Source: Felis catus
Lineage: Eukaryota
Assembly (NCBI RefSeq): GCF_018350175.1
Contig: NC_058368.1
Span: 51,585,815-51,649,814 of the forward strand
Length of the DNA: 64,000 nucleotides
Reading direction: 5' to 3'
Part shown: piece by piece, positions 27,067-40,671 of the stretch
Layout of the letters: the number at the start of each line of letters is the position of its first letter
How positions within the stretch are numbered: position 1 is the first letter of the stretch
The notes under the pieces: model-generated
What the model saw: only the letters and a program-made list of their open reading frames with translations
Databases searched by the model: none
Told to the model about the DNA's origin: nothing
Position numbers and translations under genes: made by a program

Positions 27067-27301
27067 GGTTAAAGTCATTTCTAAGATTCTATGCCAGAGA
27101 GATAGAGAAGCTTTCTAAAGAGGGTCTTAAGGGAGGTTAAGAGATTTGGAAAGAAGAGAAGCCTGAAGGGCAAAGTTTCTTATTCCCTTACCCATGTGTG
27201 TCAGTAACCACATAAAGAGACCCAACAAATATTTGTGGATCTGCCTGCTCTGTCGCAAGCCAGTGGAAGAACATATAAGACAACACTGAGTGTGTTTATT
27301 T

Positions 27302-27518
27302 TTTATTTAAAAATTAAAAAAAAATGCTTATTTATTGAGAGAGAGAGACAAAGTACAAGCAGAGGAGGGGCAGAGAGAGAGAGGGTGATACAGAATCTGA
27401 AGCAGGCTCCAGGCTCTGAGCTCTCAGCATAGAGCCCTACATGGGGCTTGAGCCCACAAACTGTGAGATCATAACCTGAGCTGAAGTCAAATGCTTGACT
27501 GAGCCACCTAGGTGCCTC
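27302..27518 (-). mobile_element. Can-SINE
   Basis: TSD GTGTGTT(T/C)ATTT. Confidence 0.93.
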
Positions 27519-27589
27519 TGTGTGTGTTCATTTAATCGTGGAGGAGCTTCAAGGAAAGCAACTCAATTCACATTTTTAAATATTTATTT

Positions 27590-28850
27590 TGCAGTATTCA
27601 CTTTAAAGGTGTTTGCTGTTGTTGTTGATCTCAGTTTTAAGTAGTTTTACTATGAAGTACTTGGGTATTTTGTTGTTCTTGTTCTGCTTGAGATTCATAG
27701 AATTTCTTACATGTGTGACATGTTGTCTTTTATCAGTTTTGATCATTTCTCAGCCAGTTTCTCTTCATTATTATTTCTGCATCATTCCCCTCCTTTTTCC
27801 CTTCTTATCATTCTCCCTCCCCTTCTCGCCCCACTCCCCCATTCTCTTGGCATTTTTTTCTGGGATACTTATAAATATGTTAGATTTTTTTTTTATCGTG
27901 TCCTATATGTTTATACTCTACTGGGTTTTTTTAACATATTTTTTTTCTCCATGCTTCAGTGGATCCATTCTATTGCCCTTTCTTCCAGTTCCCAGTCCTT
28001 TCATTTGTTGTGTCTAATTTGTGTTAATCTCATCTACTGAATTTAAAGTTTTTATTATTATACTATCCATTTATAGAGTGTTTATTTAAATTTAATTATT
28101 TCTTGAATATTCCAGTTGTCCGGTGAAATCATCCATCCTGCCATGTGTTTCCTTGGATATATTTATGATAATTTCAAAAACTATATATAATAACCCTAAC
28201 ATCTGGATCACCTGGAGCTCTGCCTCCATTGTCTATTCTTTCTTTTATTTGCCAGGTATTTGGTCCTCTCCAGGCATGCCTTGGAGTTTTTGATTGAGCA
28301 CAAGACATTGTGGTGAAAAATTGTAGAGATAATTTGACACTTTCACAGACACAATCTTCTTCTAAGGACGATTCTGCCCCCCACCCCCCACCCCCACTTT
28401 TTCTAATTGGCAATTAGATTAAGGGAAGATCACCTCACTCCTACCTGGGGTTTATCTGATTCAAAGACAGGTTTCAGTCCTTGGTAAGGTTTTGTCTATT
28501 TTTGGTTCATATTTTTTCTTATATTATAGTGCTGGATTCTTAATTGAAAGTATAAGAGATTTGCTAGGGATCCCCCTCCTTGTAGGGCCCCAATTTTTCA
28601 GTAGTAACACTATTGAAATCCCAGGCAGCCTTTATACACTGCTTTCTGCTTGGTTTCTTAGTCTCTCCTCCTGTGTAGCTCAGAAATCATCAAATTCCTC
28701 CGGGGGAAAGTGCTACAGAATGTTGGGTTCATATCAGTGAACTTCCTTTCTCTCTGAGATTCTGGCACTTTAAATATTGACTGCCTTGATAGCTTCCTGA
28801 TTTCTCCAAAGAAATTTTCTTTTTAAATTTTGTCTAAATTTAGAATTCTT
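27590..28850 (-). mobile_element. Ancient L1/HAL1-like 5'/ORF1-region remnant
   Basis: T-rich; TTTATCAGTTTTGATCATTTCTCAGCC-type motif typical of the ORF1 antisense strand. Confidence 0.55.
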
Positions 28851-29164
28851 GTCATATTCAAGTTAGAATGCAGTAAGTTCTTTACTATTATTGAAATGAC
28901 CTAATTTTCTTTTATCAGAACAATGAATTTTTCTCTTTATGTTCATGATACTTTTTAGGTTACCTTTTGGAAAAAGCAACTTAAGCCATTCAAACATCAG
29001 TCCTCCCAGGCTCACTTCTTGGCGCTCTTTGCCACTTTCTATTGCCATCATTTTGTTTCTACCCTAACATTGATTACTTCTTGTATTTTTTTAAGTTCAT
29101 TTTAAGTTCATCTGCTTCTCTCCAGCCACTTTTTATTTTTCCTTCTAATTTGCTGCAAAATTTT

Positions 29165-29677
29165 AGTATCTATTGCTGTATAAGTAACCACCTTAAAAGA
29201 TAGTGGATTAAAGCAATGACTTATTATTTCTCTTATAGGTTGGTTGGCAGTTTTTCTGCTCCATGTAGTGTCTATCAGCTGGGGTCACATGGCTGTAATC
29301 AGTTGGTGGTTGGGCTGGGTCTGGAACATCCAAAACGGTCTTACTCACATGTTTGGTGCCTCAGCTGTGGTGGGCTAAGGGGCTAGAGTACCTTGATTCT
29401 CTTCCATGTACGTCCATTTCTCCAGCAGTCTAGACTGTGTTTCCTAAAGCTTGACAACTGGTTTCCAGACAGAAGTAGATGCTGTCATGTTTCCTAAATT
29501 CTGAGCCCAGAACTGTCACATTGTATATTACTTCTTCCACATCTTCCAGGTCAAAATAAGTCACAAGTCCAGGCCAGAACCAAGATGAGGGGAAATAGAT
29601 TCCCCTTCCTGAAGGGAAAAGGGGCATGCACATAAGAGGAATTGTTGGTGGTCATCTTTAAAAGCAATCTACCATAG
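29165..29677 (-). mobile_element. Old MLT1 (H/I/J-like) MaLR LTR
   Basis: TCTATTGCTGTATAAGTAACCACC...AGTGGATTAAAGCAA start; GCAAGTCACAAGGCCAG-like motif; ends CAATCTACCATA. Confidence 0.75.
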
Positions 29678-30221
29678 TGCATATTTGTATAAAAGCCTAT
29701 TCCTTTTTCAGTACAATCTACTGATAGTACACTGCTTGTTTGGCTTCTGCCCCAGATTTTTTTCTACCAGCAGCTAAATTCAGTTACTTGCCATCAGTAG
29801 GCTCAGGCAAAGCATAAGCACTGGGCTCAGTATCAATTTAAAACAGAAAATTTTACTTGTACCTTTTCTCATTACTTGTCCCAGTTTTAATAATTATATT
29901 TGTCTCTCTCCATCTCTCTCCTTTTTGAGCCAAACATACCTAAGCTCTATTCTTATTACCTCTTTTTATATTTCCTGAACCTCAGTGCTTTCTGGGTCTG
30001 CAACATCTTGCCTTTCATGGCCCTCTGCAGGTTATTTTTTTCTTGATTAGATTTGTCTTTGTATTTTCAGAACATTGGCATCTTCTCAGCATTCTCTTCC
30101 TAGTATTGTGGAAAATACCTGCCCTGCTTCCAATGGGAGACTCTCTGTTCCAGGTATTGCTCTTAGTGTTTTTAATAGAATTAATCTTTATTTCCAAAAT
30201 TAATTGATAACTCCAGATCTA

Positions 30222-30231
30222 TTTTTATATT

Positions 30232-30270
<39 letters not shown>

Positions 30271-30450
30271 GAGACAGAGTGTGAGTGAGGGAGAGAGGCA
30301 GAGGGAGAGAGAGAGAGAGAGAGAAAATCCCAAGCAGGCTCCATGCTCAGCTCAGAGCCCAACCCGGGGCTGGAAACCACGACCTTGGGATTATGACCTG
30401 AGATGAAATCAAGAGTTGGGCACTTGACCAACTGAGCCACCCAGGCGCCC
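30222..30450 (-). mobile_element. Can-SINE inserted in the tail of an older SINE
   Basis: (TTTA)n tail, GA tract and head. Confidence 0.92.
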
Positions 30451-30590
30451 TGATTGATTGATTTGTTTTTAAGTAGGCTTCATATCTACTGCAGAGCCCA
30501 ATGTGGTGCTTGAACTCATGACCCTGAGATCAAGACCTGAGCTGAGATCAAGAGTCAGATGCTCAACCGACTGAGCCACTCAGGTGCCCC
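30451..30590 (-). mobile_element. Older short Can-SINE without CT tract
   Basis: TTTAAGTAGGCT...CAGGTGCCCC. Confidence 0.88.
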
Positions 30591-32567
30591 TATGATTTTT
30601 TTTTTAAACAGCATAAAACATGAATTCCTGGGATATAATGGAGTCCATAGGTTATAAAGGGCCTATGTGTATAGAAAGTTTTACTAATTTTGATAAGTTG
30701 CCATTATATCTTTTGAATGTGAAAATTTGTTCTTGAGTAGAAACAAATTTGGCCAGATTTTCTCAGTTTGGCTATAATATGCTACTAGCATATGTGTTTT
30801 AATTTGTCACAGTTTTCATAAAATAGAGTAGGTATAGACTTAAAACAAATCTATATTTTATTCCAATAATTAAAAAAATAATATATTATTCTGTGAAATG
30901 CTTAAGATACTGTAAGTCTCACCTAATGTTTAAGTAGCTAAGCAGTTATAAGACCATATTATATAATGTGAAATAAAAAGTAAACATTCACCTGTAAACA
31001 ATATCACTGAGCACATAAAATCTGTCATAATTCAAAATTTTTCTGGCTAATAAAAAAATTTAAAATTAAATAATGCATTTATTATTGTACAGGTCTTTGG
31101 GAAAAAAGTGTGTCATGATTGTATTACTTTATTGGGTAAAGGAAGCATAAATATGTATTTTTGGGAAGTCAGGACCTCTTTGAAAGAGCTTTGAAACTTT
31201 GTTAGGGTTTTAGAATAGAAAAATCCCTGTTGGAATAACAAAGCACTAAGGAGGGGTCTTGGCAGCAAGTAGCTCTTTGATAGTTGGCTCCATTTTAGCC
31301 CCTGGAGTGAAGATGTTTTTTTCCAGAATCATATATTAGTTTATTTGTCAACAATGCTTATCTCTGATAAAGACTAAGTGGAAATTGTCCTTTTAAGATT
31401 TATCATGCTTTTCAATGAAACAAAACTCCCATAGCCAAAATGTCACTGATATCTGAGATATCGAATTCTTGTACTCTCTGCTTTGTCTGATTTGCTAGTT
31501 GCTCTCTGAAACTTGATGGATTTGAACAATTAAGTCAAGTTGATGAATCACTTGTATTTCTGATTCCATTCCTATTCGTTTAAGTGGATGAAAAGTTCAT
31601 TGTGAAGATGAAAGATTATTTTCAGTAGACTTATGCAAATTATTACCAGTTATTGCTTTGTGTGATCTCATTAAAAGTAAAACTGAACAAAAAATTGAAC
31701 TAGGAATTTTCTGGGATAGTCTTCAATTACGTGGGTACTAGCTTTTCTAAAATGCACTCTTGAATTTTAGTTTTGACAATTTCCATCACCGTATCTATAG
31801 CGCCACATGCTTTCCCCAAGTTTCAAAACAAATTTAAAAAAATTACTTAACAAATACTATATGAAAACAATGTTTAACAATCTACCACTATTTAGCATAG
31901 GAGCTCCAATGGTTGAAGAAAATGGAAGTTTTAAAACAATGATGATTTTGTTAATGGCAAGTCATAATCACGGTCTCCAAAATTTGTTTTAAAATTTATA
32001 CTTTAAACTGACACAAAATATACATTATCAATGAAGTTAAGTTTTTGGTTTCAACCTAAATTTTGGTTTTCTATTATAATTTTCTTATTGTACTTTTTTT
32101 TTTTTTTTTTGGTGGGGGAAGGTTGTTCTAGTATTTTCATTAGCTTCTTTTTCCTTTTTCCCTTTCTGATAAAATTCACGTTTATCTTTCATTTTAGGAA
32201 ATTTTTTCCACACTACGTCTCATTCATGTTGTCTAATACTGGCCACATATATTATTATCCCTTCCATTCCATTCATCGCTCCTTCTTTTATTCACTCTGA
32301 ACTTCTGGCCTAGAGCTCCTGTGGGTATCTGTGTTTGTAGCAGTTTTTTTTTTTTTTTGTAATATTAAGCAGACCTTCTGCTGATTTGTCAAAGATTTAT
32401 TAGCATCTCTTCTGTGCCAATTAGTGTGTTAGATTTTGAAGATAATGATGGTCCCTTTGAGCTCTTTGAAGTTAGGGGTTATGTCTTGTTCATTCTCCTA
32501 TCTCTCTTGCTTGACACACACCTGACTCATGGCTGACCTTCCATAAAACTGTTATTAAAAGTATCCT

Positions 32568-32785
32568 GGGGGCCTGGGTGGCTCAGTCAGTTTAAGTGTC
32601 TGACTTCAGCTCAGATCATGATCTCATGGTTCATGGGTTCAAGCCCCGTGTCGGTCTCTGTGCTGACAGCTCAGAGACTGGAGCCTGCTTTGGATCCTGT
32701 GTCTCCCTCTTTCTGCCCCTCCACCACTTGTGTTTTGTCTCTCTGTCTCTCTCTCTCAAAATAAATAAACTTTAAAAAAATTTAA
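32568..32785 (+). mobile_element. Can-SINE (SINEC_Fc)
   Basis: TSD AAAAGTATCCT. Confidence 0.95.
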
Positions 32786-32798
32786 AAAAGTATCCTCT

Positions 32799-33015
32799 GG
32801 GGCGCCTGGGTAGCTTAGTCAGTTGAGCGTCCGACTTTAGCTCAGGTCATGATCTCACAGTCTGTGAGTTCGAGCCCCATGTCAGGCTCTGTGCTGACAG
32901 CTCAGAGCCTGGAGCCTGCTTTGGATCCTGTGTCTCCCTCTCTGTCTGCCCCTCCCCTGCTCATGCTCTGCCTCTCTCTGTCTCAAAAATAAATAAAAAC
33001 ATTTTAAAAAATTTA
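32799..33015 (+). mobile_element. Can-SINE (SINEC_Fc)
   Basis: TSD AAAAAAGTATCC(T/C)CT. Confidence 0.95.
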
Positions 33016-33251
33016 AAAAAAGTATCCCCTTTTAAAGCCCATCTGCCTATGAAGTATCCAATCTGTATTGATTCTTTCCTCTTAGTTCCAATAATGTTTA
33101 TTCAAATTTTTGGGATATTCCATGTACCAGTCAGTAAAATATTGTTCTTAGAGTTTCAAATGAAATTCGCTACTGTGGTAGCAAATTGCCTAAGTATAAA
33201 GAACACACACTGCACAACCATTGCTTCAGGTACTTGATTGCTATACTAAGC

Positions 33252-33459
33252 TTTTTAAAAAAAATTTTTTAATGTTTATTTTTGAGAGAGAGAGTGCGAG
33301 CAGGGGAAGGGCAGAGAGAGGGAGACACAGAATCTGAAGCAGGCTCCAGGCTCTGAGCTGTCAGCCCAGAGCCCGACGCGGGGCTCGAACTCATGAACTG
33401 GGAGATCATGACTTGAGCCGAAGCAGGACACCTAACAGACTGAGCCACCCAGGTGCCCC
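33252..33459 (-). mobile_element. Can-SINE (SINEC_Fc)
   Basis: Typical body; no clear TSD. Confidence 0.93.
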
Positions 33460-33526
33460 AAGTTGGATTTTAATGCAACATTTGGTTGAACTGCTGACTT
33501 TCTGGATAGGATGTCTGTTGTGGATA

Positions 33527-33829
33527 TGTTAGGGAAAAATCTGTTATACGTTGGCCGACAGGACTGATAAGGGAATTTCAGTCCCTGCCTGAAGACTTCC
33601 CAGCCGGGTTCTTACTCCCACCCTGCTTGCCTCAGGTGGCAAATTACTACTAATGAGGAATGCAAAAGTAACAGAATATAAATTGTCCCCTCTGTTGATA
33701 CTCTGGGCTCAGACCTCTGGAGAATGATCTCCTCTGAGCCCACCCATATAAAATAAACCTTCTGCCTTCCATGATCTCCAAGTGCCGCTTGGTTCTTCTG
33801 GTGGATGATCCAGACTAGTTTCCGTAACG
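33527..33829 (+). mobile_element. ERV1-type solo LTR (303 bp)
   Basis: Terminal inverted repeat TGTTAGGGAAA...TTTCCGTAACG; 4-bp TSD GATA (33523-33526, 33830-33833); TATAAA at 33677 and AATAAA at 33752. Confidence 0.85.
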
Positions 33830-34977
33830 GATAAAGCAATCTGTGCAGCACTAGCTTCATGAAGCTACACCTGAAACATACCTTTTGTTTTGTGACTCAG
33901 AGACCAAGTTTGAGAAATATAGAACATAAAATGAAATTAGGTTGTGTATTTAAAAATCATACAGTATAATTATTTATATTCATATCACAAGAGAATACTA
34001 TGTGGCAAGATATGTAACATCAAGACAATTGTGAAATTCATTTGATTATTTCTGAGTAAAGTAATATTTTTAAACTTCAGAAATGCATTCCAGAAAAATA
34101 CAATAAATATTTCCTGACCCTTCTTCTGTCAGTAATCAAAATGAAATTGAACTGGGATGACATGTTCACATTCAGTTATTCACTTCTTGACCTTACAAAC
34201 TTGGCTTAATAGAGTTTCTTTTTGGTCACACTAGTTCCCAGAACTATGAAACTATCAAATTTATACTTGAAAAGCCAATTTGTATATTGTATGGTGTTGG
34301 GTTACAGTCCTTCCGAAATCTCTAAAATCTCATTCTTTGTTTCACCCAACTTTCTTGTGAAGAGTATTCATGCCAACTTTAATAACCCTCATTTGTTTTT
34401 CTGGATAATGTATGATTTAATCTTCATGCTTTGCAGAACTTTGCCTTTTTCAAGATCAGACTTGCTCGATGCCATTCCTTCCTTCCATTGTTTTATTTGT
34501 GAGGAAATTACCCCTTTCAAGGGCAAAGGAGTTGATAAAAGATAACTCACAGAAAAGTTTGTATTAGGTTGTTTACCAAAAGAGGATATGAGAGGAGTCT
34601 ACATCCATAGTAAGCCTTAAGAAACTGAGAAGAGAAAGGAAGGAAAAGGAAATCTAACAAGCTAAGAAACAAAGACTTGGAATTTGACATTAAAAATACA
34701 TACCTTATCTATCCATTACTGACATATTCATCATAATTTCTATCAAACTTCATGATCCATAGAATTTCGTATGAACTCAAAATATTATTAATTTTGACTT
34801 CCATTGAAAATAAATTTTGTCAACCACCTTCTTATTAAAATGTTTTAGAACTAAACCCATAACAATTACATCTACAAAAATGTCATTGGATTTTCTAAAA
34901 GAACACCAATCTACTTAGAAGTATGAGCTCAACTTTTTAATGCATGTGTTTACATAGTTGCTTTTTTTTCCCCTACA

Positions 34978-35225
34978 GGGAGCATGATGTACTGGAAAGA
35001 ATATGAGATTCTGGGATTAGGAGAACTGGGCATGAGTCCCAGACTCTGCGCTACCAGCTGTATGACCTTGGGGAAGTCACTTCATCCATCTGAGTCTTGT
35101 TTTTCTTGCCTGTCAAATGAAAAATAAAAGACCCCAAACTTTCAGGTTGAGTATGTAGATCAAATGAGTAATATATGTGAAAAGGCTTTGTTAGTTGTAA
35201 ACCATCATACAAATGATACTTATTT
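34978..35225 (+). mobile_element. MIR
   Basis: Core CCAGCTGTATGACCTTGGGGAAGTCACTT...CTGAGTCT...CTGTCAAATG. Confidence 0.8.
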
Positions 35226-35579
35226 TTATTTCAGATGAACTCAAATATTGCTCTAAATTGGTAAGACACAAACAAAACAAATGACTGTTAATGTCCATAG
35301 TAGCCTTGGTTCTATCTAAAAAAATTTTCTTTAGAAAACTAGGCTTTTAATTAGCAAATTGTCAATGGCTCTAGACTCTTTCAAAAAAGAGTCATTATGT
35401 ATTTGAATCATTCAATTAGGAAAAAAAATATAATCCTCCTTTAAGAGAACCTTCTTGACACTGAGTCATTTACTCTAAGCTCAAGTTTGATCTTATCCTG
35501 ACATTCTCCAAGCTTGTCCTTTGGAGAAGCCCCTTTAAGCTGTGGATTGTATAAGTGAGGAAGATGTATAAATGAGAGC

Positions 35580-35777
35580 ACATGTACACAGGGAAAACTT
35601 ACTCATGAGACAGTGGACACAGTGCCAAGGATGCACTCTACTTTTAGGGGTCCACAAAAATGGTTTACTTTATTTTGTAACTGGAAGAAAGAAATGAATT
35701 TTTAGGTCAAATAAATGCTTTAGTGTATAATATTAATACCTTCATCTTTATGCCAATGAGTCATAAATATAACTTTT
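35580..35777. mobile_element. Probable hAT-type MITE fragment
   Basis: CTTTTAGGGGTCCACAAAAATG...GAATTTTTAGGTCAA resembles a recalled MER hAT element; family uncertain. Confidence 0.4.
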
Positions 35778-35990
35778 TAAGTTTAATTATTTATTTTGAG
35801 AGAGAGAGAGAAAGCACACACTAACTGGGAAGGGGCAGGGAGAGAGAGGGAGGGAGAGAGAGAGAATCCCAAGCAGGCTCTGCACTGTCGGTGTGGAGCC
35901 TAATGCAGGGCTCAAACTCGTGAATGGTGAGATCATGATCTGAGCCGAAATCAAGAGTCTGACGAACTGACTGAGACACCCAGGCACCCC
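35778..35990 (-). mobile_element. Can-SINE
   Basis: TSD CATAAATATAACTTTT / CATAAATAAAATTTTT. Confidence 0.93.
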
Positions 35991-37693
35991 CATAAATAAA
36001 ATTTTTGTATTCATTGTAGCTCTGGGTAACTTAAGAAGAATTCTTTGAGGAATCCAGTTATCTACTGTTCAAGGCACACCAGGACACTGTTCCAACAGAG
36101 GTGATGTTGCCAGGAATCACAGATGTGGAGTGATTAGTTCTAATCTGAAAAATAGGGAAGGCTTTGCAGAGTTGATATTTAAATCAGTATTTTGGGGGAT
36201 AAATATGCTTTCTATAGGTGAATGTGGAAGGGGCATTTCTGAGAGAAAAAGCAGCATGAACCAAAGGATGAGGCTGTGGAGAGAGAGCACTGGAACTTGG
36301 CATTAGTCAATAACTGACAATGGCCTATTCAATATAAAGTCATGAGGGGAAAGTCCACTACTTACATGGCTGAACCTTACTGAGCCAGTGTTTGTCCATT
36401 ATTTTGCATTGAAATATTTTACAGTTAAACTCAAAAAATTACATGAACACCAAATGAGTAAGCAGTTGGTTGTTCAAAGAGCTAGTGAGCTTAGATAGAA
36501 TTAATAAGGATATTGTGTCAATAATAAGGCAAAGTATCTTATGTAATAGTTGTTCTCTGACTGCAAGCAATAAAAATGTTTTCTGCTAATTCAGACAGAA
36601 AAGAAGCAAAAGGAGGAAAGAAAAATGGAAGCCAGCCTTGCTAACAAAAATGATATTCTTTTCAAAGTCAGAGTGTTTTTCTTCTTCCCCACAGCTGAAC
36701 CATGTAATAATCTCCACGTAGAAGTTCAGTTTAACCCGAGACCATTGGACCAATTCCATCCTTTGTCAGGACCTCTAGGTCAATACTCAGGTTATCCAGT
36801 ACCAAATATGCAAACATCTGATTCGTCCTCAGTCTTTCTAGCAACCTTGTACCTTGCTACAAGACTGATAAGGATTATGTGGGTGAATTCTGGAAATTGT
36901 CCTCTCTCCTTTTACATTATAGCCTCTTTCCTGTTATCAATCTCTCTGTTCCTCATCAACCATGTCTCTGCTCCTTATCTCCAAAGACCTATGAGCAGAG
37001 CTGACATTCATGCTCTACACTGTGCATTGAAATGCTTATTTACACTGCTATCTGTTCTAATGTATTGAGGCATCCTTTCGTTGGGCCATGGCATCTGTTT
37101 TGACTAGTTGGTATCTGTATATACCAGTGGTTGGATGTGTTCCATGTCATTCCTGCCCATAATCAACATTTAATGTGATATCTGAAATCATCATTGGAAA
37201 ATCAGTATGAAGATAATAAATGTAGGTCTTTTGTGTGGTAAAACATTAGTTCTCCTCTTACTTTAACAAATCAGTCTGGAATTTTTTGTCCACTAGAAAA
37301 TGTTATTTTCAGAATTGGATTCCTTCTATTATTTAATAGGTAACCATACATGATTCTAATCTGAACTGTTGACTGATGAGACTTTCAGTACATACATGCC
37401 AAATGTGCTCAGAGTCCAGATATTAGGGATGAAAGGATATATGGGTCACAGACTGTGTCTGCAAAGAACTCAATATGTGGGGCTTCTCTTCCGGATCTGC
37501 CACTTATTACTTTATTCAGAACCATTGAGTTTTAAATTTGTTAAATTTAAAATTATGGTAGATTACTTATTGGCTTTTTGAAATGTAGGTATTAATTAGA
37601 TTTAGAAGTATATTTGAGGGTATCACAATAAGCTTGAAAGGTAATTGGGTAGACTCTCAGAAAAAACCATCCAAGTAATCTCCTCAATGCTTA

Positions 37694-37740
37694 TCCATCC
37701 ATCCATCCATCCATCCATCCATCCATCCATCCATCCATCC
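37694..37740. repeat. (TCCA)n microsatellite
   Basis: Direct reading. Confidence 0.97.
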
Positions 37741-37899
37741 TTCTGATATCTTTTTGGATTCATTCATCTACCAGGAAATGTGCTTGCAAATAGAAAGACT
37801 CCCAAGAAGCTTACAGATTGGTGTAAAAATAAACATACAAATAATTATAATGCCACTATGGAGATAAATTCACAGCTGGAGATGCTCACACAAATTCCA

Positions 37900-38090
37900 G
37901 GGAGTATAGTGAAAACAGTCCTAGAATCTGGAGGATTGTAAATCTGGATTTGAATTCTGGCTCTACTCTTATTAAAGTTATGGCTTTGAGTGAATTATTT
38001 AAATCTCTACGTCTCAAGTCTCCTCATCTATTACATGTGCACAGTGCCACTTACCTGATACATAATAGGTACTCATCATGTTAGTTACCT
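37900..38090 (+). mobile_element. MIR remnant
   Basis: CTGGATTTGAATTCTGGCTCTAC...AATTATTTAAATCTCT core. Confidence 0.65.
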
Positions 38091-40625
38091 TCTCTGTCTT
38101 GCCCCCTCTTTCATTCATCCAAATTTTGGCTTCCTTATCTCAAAAATAAAAGGCTTTAATTTGATATCTGAAATCTTTAAGAATCTAAAGTTCAGTGATT
38201 TAGGAATAATCCCCTCATCTTGGAAGAGATGCATTCATTACTTATGGTCAAATATACTTTTGTATTATAAACATAGTACAACTTTATGAAGAGCATTGAT
38301 GAATCTCAAACACACCAGGCTCTTTCTCACCTTCAGGACTTGGCACATCCTGTTCCTCTTACTTGAAGATCTCTTTCCCTATGCTTACCTGGCTAACTCC
38401 TGCTCATCCTCCAGTTTTCATACTATAAGTCACTTCCCCAAAGATAATTTCCACAGGTGATTTTCAGGGGGTGGATCTGTGAATTCTCTTTGGACTCTAC
38501 TCATCCTTTCAAAATAGCCACCATACTACAGCAATTAGGGATCTCTAATATAAGATCCACTTACATGCAAAAGACAAAATTAGAGATCTCTAATCTTCTA
38601 GTGTGTTTTCCTTTAAAAAGGAAGCGATAATGACTCTTGTTTCTATAGACCCTTCTGGGAATAAGTTTATGGTTTATTGAAAAAGAGGGCTTATTTATAT
38701 TTCATCCTCTCAATACAAAACATGGATATAATTATTGATGGCTACCATGTACAAATCATTTATTACATGCAGGCGCTGTTCCAAGCACCATGTATATATT
38801 ATTTCATTTACTTATATCAACTTTAAGAAATAGGTTTATGGGTAAAATAGGTTTACAAATGAAGAAACAGCAACTTAAGGAGTTTAAATAAACTGTGTTT
38901 CCTAAATGTCAATGTACCATAGGTCATAAAAATAAAATGAGGAAAAACAAAAACAAAAGAACACCCAAACCTCAAAACACTACAGCCAAAATGCTATTAA
39001 TTTAACAGTAACTTTTCAGGGAGAGAAGGAAACGTGCCTTACACAAATTCTAAGATGATCATCTTGTCATATACATTTAGATTGGGGAGTGGCAGAGGCT
39101 GGTTTGAACTCAGGAGTGTATGGTTTCAGAACTAATATATTTACCATTATCCTATGCCCTTCAGATTCAGGAAATCAGCCCTAAACTACCACAATACTTG
39201 TGAAAGGCTCATGAGATAAATAAAAAATTTATTGGAAATTGTGAAAATAAGTCAGGGGAAAATAGAAATGCAAAAACAAAACAAAACAACTACCTATTAA
39301 ATTCAAACTCACCAATAATATTAGATTTACAAACTTTAAAATAAAAGTAGAAAATATAGAATATTTATTATGTACCAGTCACTTTATATTGATCTCATTT
39401 AACACTCATAGCAATTATAAAATAAACATTATTATGACCCATATTTAACAAATGAGAAACTTGGGCATAGAATCTGCCCAGTTTGTATACTAAAAAATTG
39501 TGGAGTTTGTGTTAGACTTATCCCGGAAATTGTGAAATTGGTAGGAGAGTATACAATTTCCTGGATCACAGGGATGCAACAGTGTATTCTGAATAATTGA
39601 ATAAAATTAGTCAAGGGAAATATTTGTTGTTGGAACAGGTTTTAACATGGGGGTACCTGGTTTGTTCTGTAAGTGAGATCCTTTTTCAACTATTTCTGCT
39701 GGATCTTAATTTTTTCAGTTTCAGGTTTGACAGTCATGGTAATTTTAAGAACATGTCCACACAAGAGGCTGAAAGTAACTGTGCATTGTAATCTTTGGTT
39801 ACTTGTCTTCATGTACCTAGATTGAAAGCTCCTTATGGTCAGGTGCTATGGTTTTTGTATCAGTGGCTGGCACAACCAAGGGGCTCAATAACGACTTGTT
39901 GAATGAATGAAGCATGAAGAAATTGAGCACTAGCAATTTTAGATTGAAACCAAGAAAAGGTGTATCATGAAAAATGTGTTTTTTCATTCTACCACAGCCA
40001 GCCTCTTCAGGGCCTTTTATAAATTAGAAAAAGTGCTCTCCCAGGGTGTATAAATTAGGACTTAGGACAAGGAACCCACTGGGTAGGTGTGCTCTCTCTG
40101 ACTTGACCTAGCCCTGCAAAGAGATTCTTCCAGAGAGCAGTGGAGTCCAACTAGGCAAACAGCTTAGATTTCCAAGCCCACTTGCTCCCTTAGTCAGGGT
40201 TTACCTCACCATTCCCTTGATTTGGGGGGTGTGGTGGGGGTAGGGCAAGTGTTTTTTTGTCTTTCTTAATCAAGAAAACATTAGTCTGCCTAGTTTGGAA
40301 AGATGTAAAATCATTGCATTCTATTGATTTATGCCTTATTAAATCTCCATGTCAGTCTTTATTATTCAAAGAAAGTGCATTAGCTAGATTAGTTCCTTCT
40401 CTCCTTATACTAAAATCTAGAAACAATTTTTATAGGATATTTTCAGATTTTGGAAACCAATAATATTGAGCCCTGAAACTGTGTATTTTAGTATTGGAAC
40501 ATTTTTTGAATTTTCTACTGATTTGCTTGTGACATTTTTCATATTTTGTTTTAGGTGAGCCACTAGAAAAAAATAGCTAAAACCAGTGTCTAAAAACATG
40601 AAATTATTTTTTCTCTTTCTGATGT

Positions 40626-40626
<1 letters not shown>

Positions 40627-40670
<44 letters not shown>
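40627..40670. repeat. (CA)n microsatellite
   Basis: Direct reading. Confidence 0.97.

Positions 40671-40671
<1 letters not shown>

Noticed and set aside
36625..37068. 147-aa ORF with an internal acceptor-like site
   Set aside because: No recognisable homology or matching donor; the flank resembles a decayed MaLR LTR.
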